Shown: positions 19,418 to 33,562, numbered from the stretch's first letter. The stretch is DNA of 64,000 bases from Bryobacterales bacterium (GCA_963785255.1 CAWAUR010000003.1:443057-507056), one strand, 5' to 3'. Made by a program: numbers and translations. The notes: generated by a model from the letters alone, not told the origin.

Positions 19418-20128
19418 ATGGCAAATAAGCAAGGTAAACAATATCAGGCTGCGGCCAAACAGGTTCAGGCGCGCGAGTACCCTCTGGAAGAGGCCGTGCC
19501 GCTCCTGCAAAAGATCAAGTACGCCAAATTCGACGAGACCGTCGAAGTCCATCTGCGCCTGGGCGTGGATCCCAAGCATGCCGATCAGATGGTGCGCGGC
19601 ACTGTGGTCATGCCCAACGGTTTGGGCAAGTCCAAGAAAGTATTAGTAATTGCCAGCGGCGATAAGCAAAAAGAGGCCGAAGAGGCGGGTGCCGATTTCG
19701 TGGGCGGCGAGAACATGGTCACGAAGATCCAGTCCGAAGGCTGGACCGATTATGACGCCGTGATCGCCACACCCGATATGATGCGTTCGGTCGGCAAACT
19801 AGGCAAAATCCTCGGCCCGCGTGGCCTTATGCCCAATCCCAAGACCGGCACGGTGACGCAGGATGTCGCCAAGGCCGTCAAGGAGATCAAGGCTGGTAAG
19901 GTCGAGTTTCGCGTGGATAAGACCGGTATCATCCATGCGCCGGTGGGCAAGATCAGCTTCGCATCCGAAAAGCTGGTCGAAAACGCTTCCAGTTTAATTA
20001 GCGCGGTGGTAAAGGCCAAGCCCGCCGCGGCCAAGGGAAAATACGTCAAGAGCGCCACCATGTGCTCCACCATGGGGCCGGGCGTATCGCTGGATGTAAC
20101 GGTGTTCAGCGCCAAGGCGGCGGTGTAG
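19418..20128 (+). CDS. rplA: 50S ribosomal protein L1
   Basis: 236 aa. ..[52 protein letters not shown]... GAGGAG SD. Confidence 0.95.
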   Translation: MANKQGKQYQAAAKQVQAREYPLEEAVPLLQKIKYAKFDETVEVHLRLGVDPKHADQMVRGTVVMPNGLGKSKKVLVIASGDKQKEAEEAGADFVGGENMVTKIQSEGWTDYDAVIATPDMMRSVGKLGKILGPRGLMPNPKTGTVTQDVAKAVKEIKAGKVEFRVDKTGIIHAPVGKISFASEKLVENASSLISAVVKAKPAAAKGKYVKSATMCSTMGPGVSLDVTVFSAKAAV

Positions 20129-20147
20129 TTCTCTCGCGGGTGTCGAA

Positions 20148-20678
20148 ATGAAGAAGAAAGAAGATAAAAAGAAGGACCTCGAAGCCCTGCGCCAGGATCT
20201 GCAGGCGTCCAAAAACCTGTTTGTGACGGGTTACGAGAAATTGCGCGTGGCGCAGGATTTCGAGCTGCGCAAAACCATTCGCGCCGCGGGCGGCAAGTAC
20301 CGCGTCATCAAGAACAACATCGCGCAGTTAGCCTCCCAAGGCACCCCCGCTGAAGACCTGATGAAGGATTTGCGCGGCATGACCTCGCTGGCCTACACCA
20401 CCAACGATCCGGTGGCGCTGGCCAAAGCCCTCACGGCCTATGCCAAGACGAATCCGGCGTTCACGTTCAAGGCGGGCCTGGTGGAAGGCCGCGTCATCGA
20501 CGTAAAGGCCATCGTGGATCTGGCGGCTATGCCGCCGAAGGAAGAAATCTTTGCCAAGCTGCTGTTCCTGATCAATTCTCCGGCGCAGCGGCTGGTATCG
20601 GCGCTGGGCGCGGTGGGCCGGAACGTGGCAGTGGTGCTCGATCAGGCGGCCAAGGAAGGCAAGTTTAAAGAAGTGTAG
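20148..20678 (+). CDS. rplJ: 50S ribosomal protein L10
   Basis: 176 aa. ..[39 protein letters not shown]... Position between rplA and rplL. The TAG stop lies in the REP head. Confidence 0.9.
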   Translation: MKKKEDKKKDLEALRQDLQASKNLFVTGYEKLRVAQDFELRKTIRAAGGKYRVIKNNIAQLASQGTPAEDLMKDLRGMTSLAYTTNDPVALAKALTAYAKTNPAFTFKAGLVEGRVIDVKAIVDLAAMPPKEEIFAKLLFLINSPAQRLVSALGAVGRNVAVVLDQAAKEGKFKEV

Positions 20679-20725
20679 GACAGGCCTCCTGGCCTGTCCC
20701 GGACAGGCCGGGAGGCCTGTCCTAC
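20675..20725. repeat. Back-to-back inverted REP pair (BIME-like) in the rplJ-rplL spacer
   Basis: GTAGGACAGGCCTCCTGGCCTGTCC-C-GGACAGGCCGGGAGGCCTGTCCTAC. Confidence 0.85.
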
Positions 20726-20756
20726 CAGTTCTCAAAAGATAGGAGTCGTAAGGAAA

Positions 20757-21140
20757 ATGGCGGACATCAACTCAATTGCGGATCAAATCCAAGGCTTGAC
20801 GCTGCTCGAAGCTTCCCAGCTCGTCAAGCTGCTCGAAGAAAAGCTGGGCGTATCGGCCGCGGCGGCGGCCCCTGTCATGGTGGCGGGCGGCGGAGCGGCT
20901 GCGGCGGCCGCGCCGGCAGCCGAGGAGAAGACCGAATTCGCGGTCGTTCTCACCGCGGTAGGCGCGAACAAAATCAACGTCATCAAAGCGGTGCGCGAAG
21001 TTACCAGCCTCGGTTTGAAGGAAGCCAAGGATCTGGTGGATGGCGCTCCCAAGCCCATCAAGGAAGGCGTCAGCAAGGACGAAGCTGAGACCATCAAGAA
21101 GAAATTCACCGACGCCGGCGCGACCGTAGAAGTGAAGTAG
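20757..21140 (+). CDS. rplL: 50S ribosomal protein L7/L12
   Basis: 127 aa. Ala-rich hinge, then ..[52 protein letters not shown]. Confidence 0.95.
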   Translation: MADINSIADQIQGLTLLEASQLVKLLEEKLGVSAAAAAPVMVAGGGAAAAAAPAAEEKTEFAVVLTAVGANKINVIKAVREVTSLGLKEAKDLVDGAPKPIKEGVSKDEAETIKKKFTDAGATVEVK

Positions 21141-21605
21141 CGCGCGTTCATTGCCTGTAAGTTGATGGAATCATTAGGTCTGGCGCATGGTTCCAGGGTG
21201 GCTGTTGACGGGCGGGGCGGGACTCTGATAGTATTCTTGGTTGGGGTCTCTTTCTTTTAACTGAACTTGATCCCATTGGTGACTGTGAATTTTGGATCCT
21301 GGCAGTTTAATTGCAGTTGGGTCGCAACTGCAAGTCGAGGATTTGCGTGCCTTTTTGTGCCTGCAAATCCGGGACAGGATTCGTTCGCCCTCAGGGGCCT
21401 CTTCCCCCGCCTTATTCAGCAGTTCTCGCTGACGATCTCGAACCGGCTCTCGCAGCCACCGTCTCACCGGCCCCGTGCCGGTTCCCGCTTCTCGATTCCC
21501 TGGCGTCCCCCAGTCGCAATGCTCCGCGGGGTTCGCCAAAGCTTTTATAGTTCGTAAACAAGCTTTTTGCTTAGGTTGTTCGGCCCTCAGGAGTTTAAAG
21601 AAGAC
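21141..21605 (+). promoter_or_regulatory. Long rplL-rpoB leader with several hairpins (possible attenuator region)
   Basis: 465-nt A/T-richer spacer. Hairpins: TTGCAGTTG-GGTCG-CAACTGCAA (about 21309-21331), GGATTTGC..GCAAATCC, and AAGCTT..AAGCTTTTT just before the rpoB SD (AGGAG). Confidence 0.4.
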
Positions 21606-24600
21606 ATGGATATTCAAAACAGCGGCGCCGCCCCCGAGCGAGTTGATTTTTCCAAAATCAAAACTTCGATCCCCATTCCGAACCTCATCGAGGTTCAGAA
21701 AAATTCGTACGAACGGTTCCTGCAGATGGACCTGCTTCCCAATGAACGGGAAGATACCGGCCTGCAAACGGTTTTCAGTTCCGTATTCCCCATCTCGGAT
21801 TTCCGCGGCGTCAGTGAACTGGAGTTCGTCGATTACTCCATCGGAAATTGGGAGTGCAAGTGCGGCAATCTCAAAGGCCTGCATCACTTGCGGTCCACTT
21901 GCCGGAATTGCGGCGCTACCATCCGCACCGATCCGTTCCACTCGGGCGACGTGCTTTGCCATCATTGCGGCACCTTCAACAAGAACGTAGTCACGTTCTG
22001 CAACAAATGCGGCGACCCGGTCGGTCTGCAACTGAAGTACGACATGGTGGAGTGCCAGGAACGCGGTATGACCTATGCCGCGCCGCTCAAAGTCACCATC
22101 CGGCTCACGGTCTACGCCAAAGATCCCACCACCGGCGCCAAGAGCGTCCGCGATATCAAGGAACAGGAAGTTTTCTTCGGCGAAATTCCGTTGATGACCG
22201 ATAACGGCACCTTCATCATCAACGGCACCGAGCGCGTCATCGTATCGCAGTTGCATCGTTCGCCCGGCGTGTTCTTCGAACGTGTGCCGGCGCAAGGCTA
22301 TTTCCTCGGCAAGATCATTCCCTATCGCGGAAGCTGGGTCGAGTTCGAATACGACACCAAGAACTTGCTGTATGTACGTATCGACCGCAAACGCAAATTC
22401 TACGGTTCGGTGTTTCTGCGCGCCTTGGGTTTCAAGAGCGACGAACAGATCCTGCGCGCGTTCTATACCATCGACCGCGTCTCCATCAAGAACAATAAGC
22501 TCTACTGGAACGTCTATAACAAGGACGGCCAGCTTACCGAAGGCCTGACGGGGCTGAAGCTCTCGCATGCCATCACTTCCAAGAGCGGCGAAACCATCGT
22601 GGGGCAGGGGAAGAAGATCACCAAAACCCTGCTGAAGAACATCGAAGCTTCCAAGATCCAACAGGCGGAGATTGCTCCCAACGATCTGGAAGGCGCTTAC
22701 ATCGCCGCCGACGTGGTGGATATGGCAACCGGCGAAGTGCTGATCGACGCCAATAACGAGCTCACCACCACCGGCATTCAGAAGTTGATCGAAGCCGGCA
22801 TCGAGGAGTTCGAAGTATTCTTCCCCGAGCGCGACGACGTTGGCACGGTGATCTCCGCCACGCTTCGCAAAGACAGCGTCAAAGCCCAGAACGAGGCGCT
22901 CATCGAGATCTACCGCAAGCTGCGTCCCGGCGATCCGCCTACGCTCGATACCGCCACGCAACTGTTCCAGGGCATGTTCTTCGACCCGCGCAAATACGAT
23001 TTCTCGCGCGTGGGCCGCATGAAATTCAACATCAAGTTGTTCGACCGGGCCGACGCTACACCGCTCGATAAGCGCACGCTCGATCCCGAGGATTTCCGCG
23101 CCACCATCAAATACCTGTTGAAGCTGCGCAAAGGCATCGGCGCGGTGGACGATATCGATCACCTGGGCAACCGCCGCGTGCGCGCCGTGGGCGAACTGCT
23201 CGAAAACCAGTTCCGCATCGGCCTGGTGCGCATGGAGCGCGCCATCAAAGAGAAGATGTCCGTCTACCAGGAAATGTCCACGGCTATGCCGCACGACCTG
23301 GTAAACGCCAAGCCCGTGATGGCCGCTATCCGCGAATTCTTCGGATCGAGCCAGCTCTCGCAGTTCATGGATCAGACCAATCCGCTCTCGGAGATCACGC
23401 ATAAACGGCGTCTCTCCGCTCTCGGTCCGGGCGGTCTGTCGCGCGAGCGCGCCGGATTCGAAGTCCGCGACGTGCATCCTACGCACTACGGCCGTATCTG
23501 CCCCATCGAGACGCCCGAAGGTCCGAACATCGGTCTGATTTCGTCGCTCTCCTGCTTCGCCTGCATCAACGAGTACGGCTTCATCGAAAGCCCGTACCGC
23601 AAGGTGCAGAAGGGCGTGGTGGTGGATGAAGTCAAGATCCTGAATCCCGGCGACACGCCCTACAAAGTGGGCGACATCGTGCGCCGCGCCGATATCGAAA
23701 AGGCCAACGCCGCGCTCGGCGCCAAGAAACAGGCGGCTGAATTCGAGGCGCATTGCGAATATCTGTCGGCTTGGGAAGAAGACAAATACACCATCGCCCA
23801 GGCTAACGTGGAACTCGACGAGACCGGCCGCATCGTGGCCGATCTCTGCAACGCGCGCCAGGCCGGCAACTTCGTGCTGAAGCACCGCGACGAAATCGAG
23901 TACATCGATGTCAGCCCCAAACAGCTCGTTTCGGTGGCCGCCAGCCTCATCCCGTTCCTCGAGAATGACGACGCCAACCGCGCCCTGATGGGTTCCAACA
24001 TGCAACGCCAGGCCGTGCCGCTGCTGCGCGCCGACGCTCCTTACGTGGGCACCGGCATGGAGCGCGTCACCGCCCGCGATTCGGGCGCGGTAGTGCTCTG
24101 CAAGCGCCCCGGCATTGTCGATTCGGTGGATTCCGAGCGCATCATCGTGCGCGTGGAAGGCGGCGCGGCGCATGAAGGGCAGCTCTCCCGCGAAGTGGGC
24201 GCGGACATTTACCAGCTCACCAAGTTCAAGCGCTCCAACCAGAACACCTGCATCAACCAGAAGCCCATCGTGGCCATGGGACAGCGCGTTACCAAGGCCC
24301 AGGTGCTGGCCGACGGTCCTTGCACCGACATGGGCGAATTGGCCCTCGGCCGCAACGTGCTGGTGGCGTTCATGCCCTGGCGCGGCTGCAACTTTGAAGA
24401 CGCCATTCTGGTCAGCGAAAAGCTGGTGAAGGAAGATTACTACACCTCGATCCATATTGAAGAGTTCGAAATCGAGGGCCGCGACACCAAGCTGGGTCCG
24501 GAGGAAATCACCCGCGATATTCCAAACATCGCAGATTCCTTCCTCCGCAACCTGGATGAAAGCGGTGTCATCCGCATCGGCGCCACCGTAAAGCCCGGCG

Positions 24601-25931
24601 ACATCCTGGTGGGCAAAGTGACTCCCAAGGGAGAAACCCAACTCACCCCCGAAGAGAAATTGCTGCGCGCCATCTTCGGCGAGAAGGCCGGCGACGTGAA
24701 AGACGCTTCGCTCTACTGCCCGCCCGGCATCGAGGGCACCGTGGTCGATTGCAAGATCTTCTCGCGCAAGGGGCAGGAGAAGGACGAACGCTCCCGCGCC
24801 ATCGAGGAATCCCAAATCGCCCGCCTGCAGCGCAACCTGCAGGACGAAATCCGCATCCTGACCGACGAGCGCGCCAAGCGCCTGGGCAATCTTCTGGAAG
24901 GCAAGCATCTGCTGGCCGACCTGCACGACGAGAAGACCAACAAGCGCCTGCTGGCCAAAGACACGGATCTATCCCGCGACATCATCGAGAAGATGAAATC
25001 GCGCGACTTGAAGCGCATGCGCTTCAAGGACAAAGATCCGCGCATCAACGAACAAATCGACGAAATCGAAGAGATGACCTCGCGCCAGATCGCGGTGCTC
25101 GAAAAGATCACCGACGAAAAGATCGGCAAACTGCGGAAAGGCGACGAATTGCCGCCCGGCGTGATCAAGCTGGTCAAAGTCTATATCGCCATGAAGCGCA
25201 AGCTTTCGGTGGGCGACAAGATGGCCGGCCGCCACGGGAACAAGGGCGTGATCGCGCGCATACTGCCCGACGAGGATATGCCGTACCTCCCGGATGGAAC
25301 GCCGGTCGAAATCGTGCTGAATCCGCTGGGCGTGCCTTCCCGCATGAATGTGGGCCAGATTCTCGAAACCCACTTGGGCTGGGCCGCCAAGGCGCTCGAT
25401 TTACACTACGCCACGCCGGTATTCGACGGCGCCACGGAGCGCGAAATCAAGAAAGCGCTCACCGACGCGCATCTGCCGAAGGACGGTAAGACCCAGCTCT
25501 TCGACGGGCTCACCGGCCAGCCGTTCGAACAGCCGGTCACCGTCGGCTACATCTACATGCTGAAGCTCTCGCACCTGGTGGACGACAAGATTCACGCGCG
25601 CTCCATTGGGCCGTATTCGCTGATTACGCAGCAGCCGCTGGGTGGTAAGGCGCAATTCGGCGGACAGCGCTTCGGCGAAATGGAAGTGTGGGCCCTGGAA
25701 GCTTATGGGGCCGCCTACATCCTGCAGGAGTTGTTAACGGCCAAATCGGACGATGTGTACGGCCGCGCCAAGATCTACGAAGCTATCGTCAAAGGCGAAG
25801 CCGCCATCGAACCGGGTGTGCCGGAGTCGTTCAACGTGCTCATCCGCGAGTTGCAATCGTTGTGCCTGGACGTGGAGTTGATGAAGAAGGCGCCGCACGA
25901 AGCACTGGATATGGCGCCCGCAGCGGACTGA
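21606..25931 (+). CDS. rpoB: DNA-directed RNA polymerase beta subunit
   Basis: 1441 aa from MDIQNSG... Conserved blocks include [45 protein letters not shown] and [16 protein letters not shown]. Carries a Cys-rich insertion at residues ~81-143. Confidence 0.97.
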   Translation: MDIQNSGAAPERVDFSKIKTSIPIPNLIEVQKNSYERFLQMDLLPNEREDTGLQTVFSSVFPISDFRGVSELEFVDYSIGNWECKCGNLKGLHHLRSTCRNCGATIRTDPFHSGDVLCHHCGTFNKNVVTFCNKCGDPVGLQLKYDMVECQERGMTYAAPLKVTIRLTVYAKDPTTGAKSVRDIKEQEVFFGEIPLMTDNGTFIINGTERVIVSQLHRSPGVFFERVPAQGYFLGKIIPYRGSWVEFEYDTKNLLYVRIDRKRKFYGSVFLRALGFKSDEQILRAFYTIDRVSIKNNKLYWNVYNKDGQLTEGLTGLKLSHAITSKSGETIVGQGKKITKTLLKNIEASKIQQAEIAPNDLEGAYIAADVVDMATGEVLIDANNELTTTGIQKLIEAGIEEFEVFFPERDDVGTVISATLRKDSVKAQNEALIEIYRKLRPGDPPTLDTATQLFQGMFFDPRKYDFSRVGRMKFNIKLFDRADATPLDKRTLDPEDFRATIKYLLKLRKGIGAVDDIDHLGNRRVRAVGELLENQFRIGLVRMERAIKEKMSVYQEMSTAMPHDLVNAKPVMAAIREFFGSSQLSQFMDQTNPLSEITHKRRLSALGPGGLSRERAGFEVRDVHPTHYGRICPIETPEGPNIGLISSLSCFACINEYGFIESPYRKVQKGVVVDEVKILNPGDTPYKVGDIVRRADIEKANAALGAKKQAAEFEAHCEYLSAWEEDKYTIAQANVELDETGRIVADLCNARQAGNFVLKHRDEIEYIDVSPKQLVSVAASLIPFLENDDANRALMGSNMQRQAVPLLRADAPYVGTGMERVTARDSGAVVLCKRPGIVDSVDSERIIVRVEGGAAHEGQLSREVGADIYQLTKFKRSNQNTCINQKPIVAMGQRVTKAQVLADGPCTDMGELALGRNVLVAFMPWRGCNFEDAILVSEKLVKEDYYTSIHIEEFEIEGRDTKLGPEEITRDIPNIADSFLRNLDESGVIRIGATVKPGDILVGKVTPKGETQLTPEEKLLRAIFGEKAGDVKDASLYCPPGIEGTVVDCKIFSRKGQEKDERSRAIEESQIARLQRNLQDEIRILTDERAKRLGNLLEGKHLLADLHDEKTNKRLLAKDTDLSRDIIEKMKSRDLKRMRFKDKDPRINEQIDEIEEMTSRQIAVLEKITDEKIGKLRKGDELPPGVIKLVKVYIAMKRKLSVGDKMAGRHGNKGVIARILPDEDMPYLPDGTPVEIVLNPLGVPSRMNVGQILETHLGWAAKALDLHYATPVFDGATEREIKKALTDAHLPKDGKTQLFDGLTGQPFEQPVTVGYIYMLKLSHLVDDKIHARSIGPYSLITQQPLGGKAQFGGQRFGEMEVWALEAYGAAYILQELLTAKSDDVYGRAKIYEAIVKGEAAIEPGVPESFNVLIRELQSLCLDVELMKKAPHEALDMAPAAD

Positions 25932-25946
25932 ATTTAGCCGGGATTA

Positions 25947-26004
25947 GGGGCTAGGGGTTAGGGACTAGGGTTTCCCCAGCCCCCAGCCCCTAGTCCCTAG
26001 CCCC
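25947..26004. repeat. G-rich/C-rich palindrome (GGGGCTAGGG family) in the rpoB-rpoC spacer
   Basis: GGGGCTAGGGGTTAGGGACTAGGG-TTTCC-CCAGCCCCCAGCCCCTAGTCCCTAGCCCC. The arms pair (GGGACTAGGG/CCCTAGTCCC, GGGGCTA/TAGCCCC). A related tract is at 61818-61858. Confidence 0.7.
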
Positions 26005-26015
26005 AGAAAGGTCAT

Positions 26016-30230
<4,215 letters not shown>

Positions 30231-30288
30231 GCATCTGGGGGGCGGGCTTCTGCCGGCGTGAGGCCCGCGCCCGCTCTCAGGATTTCGC

Positions 30289-30495
30289 ATGAACGAAATC
30301 ATTTTTGTTGTGAATGAGCCGCCCGAGGGTGGCTACGCGGCGGAAGCTCTCGGCCACGCAATTTTCACCGTGGCCGGCACGCTGGATGAGCTGAACTGGA
30401 TGGTGCGCGATGCGGTTGTCTGCCATTTCGACGAAGCGTCGCGGCCGAAGATCATCCGCCTGCATTTCGTCCGCGATGAAGTCATAGCAGTATGA
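30289..30495 (+). CDS. hicB: HicB-family antitoxin (UPF0150-like)
   Basis: 68 aa. ..EPPEGGYAAEALGHAIFTVAGTLDELNWMVRDAVVCHF.. fits the HicB-like fold pattern. The stop overlaps the hicA start. Confidence 0.7.
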   Translation: MNEIIFVVNEPPEGGYAAEALGHAIFTVAGTLDELNWMVRDAVVCHFDEASRPKIIRLHFVRDEVIAV

Positions 30496-30728
30496 GGATT
30501 CCGCGCGATCTGGCGGGATCCGAACTAGCGAAGGCCCTGCGGAAGTTGGGCTACGAAACGACCCGGCAGACGGGTAGTCACATGCGGTTGACTACAGTGG
30601 CGGCCGGCGAGCATCATGTCAGCGTGCCAATGCACAAGGTGCTCCCCGTGGGGACTTTGCGGTCGATTTTGAAGGAAATCGGGCTGCATTTCAGCGCAGA
30701 CGATGTTGCGGCTAGCTTGTTCAGCTAG
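30492..30728 (+). CDS. hicA: HicA-family mRNA interferase toxin
   Basis: 78 aa. ..ELAKALRKLGYETTRQTGSHMRLT....HHVSVPMHKVLPVGTLRSILKEIGL.. is the YcfA/HicA signature. Confidence 0.8.
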   Translation: MRIPRDLAGSELAKALRKLGYETTRQTGSHMRLTTVAAGEHHVSVPMHKVLPVGTLRSILKEIGLHFSADDVAASLFS

Positions 30729-30745
30729 CAGAATAGTGTTAGTAC

Positions 30746-30782
30746 GGGGCGGGATTTGCCCCCCGCCCTTGATTGTTTTTTT
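30746..30782 (+). terminator. Rho-independent terminator (probably the original rpoC terminator)
   Basis: GGGGCGGG-ATTTG-CCCCCGCCC followed by TTGATTGTTTTTTT. Confidence 0.55.
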
Positions 30783-30826
30783 GAATCCCGCGGCGCTCAG
30801 CGCCGCGTCTATTGGGATATAGACAT

Positions 30827-31051
30827 ATGCAAGACATCACTTACTGCCCCACGTGTGGGAGCGATGAGATTAAGAGGGTCCGCCGAAACTGGACCAGCGA
30901 ATTCCAAGGGAAAACCTATACCATTCCCGACCTGGAGTTCCACCAGTGTCCGGCCTGCTGGGAACGAGTTCTAGACCGCGAAGCCTTGCAGCGAATTAAG
31001 GCCAGCCTTCCGCCCGTCGCCGAGCCGCAGCTCATGGCGCGGGTGGCCTAG
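30827..31051 (+). CDS. YgiT-type zinc-finger protein (MqsA N-terminal-domain-like)
   Basis: MQDITYCPTCGSDEIKRV..FQGKTYTIPDLEFHQCPACWERVLD. Two CxxC pairs in the arrangement typical of the YgiT-type zinc ribbon. Confidence 0.65.
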   Translation: MQDITYCPTCGSDEIKRVRRNWTSEFQGKTYTIPDLEFHQCPACWERVLDREALQRIKASLPPVAEPQLMARVA

Positions 31052-31058
31052 CCACCGC

Positions 31059-31310
31059 ATGGGACATACGTTGACGCTCGATATCTCCGGCGATTTGTAC
31101 GAGGCGCTGAGGACCCGCGCGGAACAACGCGGTTTGGGTGTCGAACAGGTCGCTACGGATTGTTTAGCGGAGAGCCTGTCCGCGGGCATCGAAGATCCGC
31201 TGTTGGGGCTGGCGGGCGTGGTGGCATCCGAGATTAGTGATGTCGCCGAGAAGCACGACCTGTATATCGGACGGGCACTCGCCGAGAAACTGACTCACCG
31301 CAGTGGCTAG
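31059..31310 (+). CDS. vapB: VapB-like antitoxin
   Basis: 83-aa acidic protein immediately upstream of, and overlapping, a PIN toxin gene. ..LYEALRTRAEQRGLGVEQVATDCL.. resembles the DNA-binding N-terminus of an antitoxin. Confidence 0.55.
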   Translation: MGHTLTLDISGDLYEALRTRAEQRGLGVEQVATDCLAESLSAGIEDPLLGLAGVVASEISDVAEKHDLYIGRALAEKLTHRSG

Positions 31311-31722
31311 TGAGCTTTTCGCCGATACGGCGGGATGGGCCAACTATCTTGTTGGCTCGCAGCCCTTCCACACCCAGGCCAAGGAACTTTTGGTGCGGGC
31401 CAATGCGAGCGGTAAGCGCGTTGTCACAACTAACTATGTTCTGGCCGAACTCGTGGCTTTGTTGACAAGCCCGTTGCGAGTGTCGCGACCGCTTCTCATA
31501 ACCATCATCGAGACCATTCGCTCTGCCTCCTGGGTCGAAGTTGTCTATATTGACTCTCGCCTCGATCAGGAGGCCTGGACGACGCTAATGGCGCGTCCGG
31601 ATCAGACTTGGAGCTTGGTGGACTGCGCCAGCTTCGCCGTCATGCGACAGCGAGGGATTGGCGACGCCTTGACCAGCGACCATCACTTCGAGCAAGCAGG
31701 GTTCATCAAGCTGTTGAGGTAG
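31303..31722 (+). CDS. vapC: PIN-domain ribonuclease toxin VapC
   Basis: 139 aa. ..LFADTAGW.. (first acidic residue), ..TTNYVLAELVALL.., ..LVDCASFAVMRQRGIGDALTSDHHFEQAGF.. is a typical PIN layout. GTG start. Confidence 0.8.
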   Translation: MASELFADTAGWANYLVGSQPFHTQAKELLVRANASGKRVVTTNYVLAELVALLTSPLRVSRPLLITIIETIRSASWVEVVYIDSRLDQEAWTTLMARPDQTWSLVDCASFAVMRQRGIGDALTSDHHFEQAGFIKLLR

Positions 31723-31730
31723 ACAACGGA

Positions 31731-31812
31731 GCGCAAAGCTTTGCAGCGAATCAAAGCCAGCCTTCCGCCCGTAGCCGAGCCACAACTCATGGCGCGGGTG
31801 GCCTAGCCGCAT
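31731..31812 (+). pseudogene. Relic 3' end of a second ygiT-like gene (direct repeat of 30977-31060)
   Basis: Encodes ERKALQRIKASLPPVAEPQLMARVA*. A 68-nt core matches the ygiT 3' end with 5 differences, all synonymous third-position changes. Confidence 0.65.
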
Positions 31813-31822
31813 TGGCGATTTC

Positions 31823-32107
31823 ATGGTAACGCCCAACTACGTCGTGCAGCCGTCCGGCAGTCCGACGTCCTACCAGTACGGTTGTGTGGCAATAGACTTC
31901 AGTCTCGCGACAGGATTTGCGAGTGCAATCGCGACCCTGAGCGACAGCGCGACGAGCGGCAACATGAGCGAGTCGGGAGGCCCGAACGGCTGCACCTTCG
32001 AGCCGACGTCCGACACCGGCATCGTGATCGTCCGCAATCTAATCGACAACACGCTCGGGACACAGAACGAAACATACGCGCCGATTGACAGCGGCATCCT
32101 GCCGTAG
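31823..32107 (+). CDS. Hypothetical 94-aa Ser/Thr/Gly-rich acidic protein
   Basis: ORF with non-random composition. It begins 18 nt after the relic ygiT stop. No recognisable motif and no clear SD. Confidence 0.3.
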   Translation: MVTPNYVVQPSGSPTSYQYGCVAIDFSLATGFASAIATLSDSATSGNMSESGGPNGCTFEPTSDTGIVIVRNLIDNTLGTQNETYAPIDSGILP

Positions 32108-32142
32108 GCTAGCGGCGCTGAGCCTTAGCCATGGAGTGATAC

Positions 32143-33396
32143 ATGAAGACGATTCCGAATTCGCTTTTGCCTTTGGCCCTGGTCGTTACGCTGGTTGCCA
32201 TAACGCCGCTGGCTGGGGGCCAATCTACCTTCACTACGCTGTACAGCTTTACGAACGGCGTACCGCAGTCGCTGGTCAGTTCGAACGGCGCGTTCTTTGG
32301 TGCATTTGGGGGCGTGGGCGCGTCGGGGTCGGAGTGCGGCGCGATATTCCAGCTACAGCCGCCGGCGATTGAAAGCGGGGACTGGGCCGAAGAGGCAGTA
32401 TACAGTTTCAGCGGCGCCGGCCAGGGACCTTGCAATCCCGACTTTGGTCCGGCTATTGGATCTAACGGGGCGCTATACGGCCTCACGACGCAAGGCGGGG
32501 CATACGGTGAGGGGACGCTGTACATGCTGGAGCCACCGAACTCCGCTGGCGGCGTCTGGACCGCCGCCGTCCTGTACAGCTTCGGCGCTGCCGGCACGTA
32601 CGATGCGCCCGGAGGAGGCGGTCTCATTCCCGGCCCGGGCGGCTCGTACTATTTCCTGTCCTCCGCTGGCGGCGCATACGGCTACGGTGCGCTGGTACAG
32701 ATGCAGCCGCCGACAGTCCCTGGTGCAGGGTGGAGCGCCTCAATCCTCTACAGCTTCCCCGAGGGAGTCATGGCGAACAGCATTACCGTGGGTCCGGGCG
32801 GCGTGTTCTACGGTACTGCCGCGCCTTTCGAAGAGGTTAAGCGCCAATACGGCCTGGTTTTCCGGATCCTTCCGCCCGCGGACTCACCTAAAGGAGAGTG
32901 GACCCTGAGCGTGCTTTACACGTTCCTGCCAGGCGAGGGTACAACCGGCAACCCCATCGCCTTAACGGTTGCCACTGACGGCGTGCTTTATGGCGCGGCC
33001 TCCGGTCGCCTTGGAGAGGCTGGGGCCGCCAATGGCGGGGTGTTTCGGTTGACCCCTCCACCGGCGACGGGTGGGAGCTGGACCTACGCGCTCCTCGCAG
33101 ACTTCGGCGCGCAGCACCAGCACCCCGACGTACCCCTAGTCTTGCGGGACGGCAAGCTGTACGGCGCGCTGGCGCTGGCGTCGGGGACGGCGCCGCCGAG
33201 CGGCGGAGCGCTCTTCGAGATGCAACCGCCCTTGGCGCCGGGCGGCGCGTGGACGACCACGTACCTTCACGGCTTCGGCGATGGCCAAACACCGATGTAC
33301 ACGCTCATTATGCGGTCAGACGGAACACTGTACGGCGTCACCACGGACTATTACGCCAGTCCGAACACAGGCACCGTGTATAGCATCAAGCCCTGA
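32143..33396 (+). CDS. Secreted GloVer (Gloeo_Verruco) tandem-repeat protein
   Basis: GGAG SD. Signal peptide MKTIPNSLLPLALVVTLVAITPLAGGQ. Repeated ..G.LYG.T..GG..G.G.++.+.PP...GG.W....LYSF units. Confidence 0.75.
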   Translation: MKTIPNSLLPLALVVTLVAITPLAGGQSTFTTLYSFTNGVPQSLVSSNGAFFGAFGGVGASGSECGAIFQLQPPAIESGDWAEEAVYSFSGAGQGPCNPDFGPAIGSNGALYGLTTQGGAYGEGTLYMLEPPNSAGGVWTAAVLYSFGAAGTYDAPGGGGLIPGPGGSYYFLSSAGGAYGYGALVQMQPPTVPGAGWSASILYSFPEGVMANSITVGPGGVFYGTAAPFEEVKRQYGLVFRILPPADSPKGEWTLSVLYTFLPGEGTTGNPIALTVATDGVLYGAASGRLGEAGAANGGVFRLTPPPATGGSWTYALLADFGAQHQHPDVPLVLRDGKLYGALALASGTAPPSGGALFEMQPPLAPGGAWTTTYLHGFGDGQTPMYTLIMRSDGTLYGVTTDYYASPNTGTVYSIKP

Positions 33397-33562
33397 GCGC
33401 GGTCGACGCCCCCAGACGGACGAGTGCGCTGTCCGATGTGCGGCTGAGAAATAATCAAAAGGCCCCGCCGGGATTGGACCTGCGATTTTCGGGGAAAGAT
33501 ATACATCGTCCCCAACTTGGCTCTCTACGAGTGCTCGCGCCGCAAGGTTATGCGACGGATAG

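Noticed and set aside
21174-24926. 1250-aa ORF on the minus strand
   Set aside because: It lies entirely antisense to rpoB. Its translation is low-complexity (Ala/Gly/His/Asp-rich) with no motifs, which is the typical stop-poor antisense frame of a high-GC gene.
30231-32142. Toxin-antitoxin cassettes as part of an integron
   Set aside because: There is no intI-like gene, no attI site, and no attC-type imperfect palindromes with GTTRRRY ends. The flanking repeats are duplicated gene 3' ends instead.
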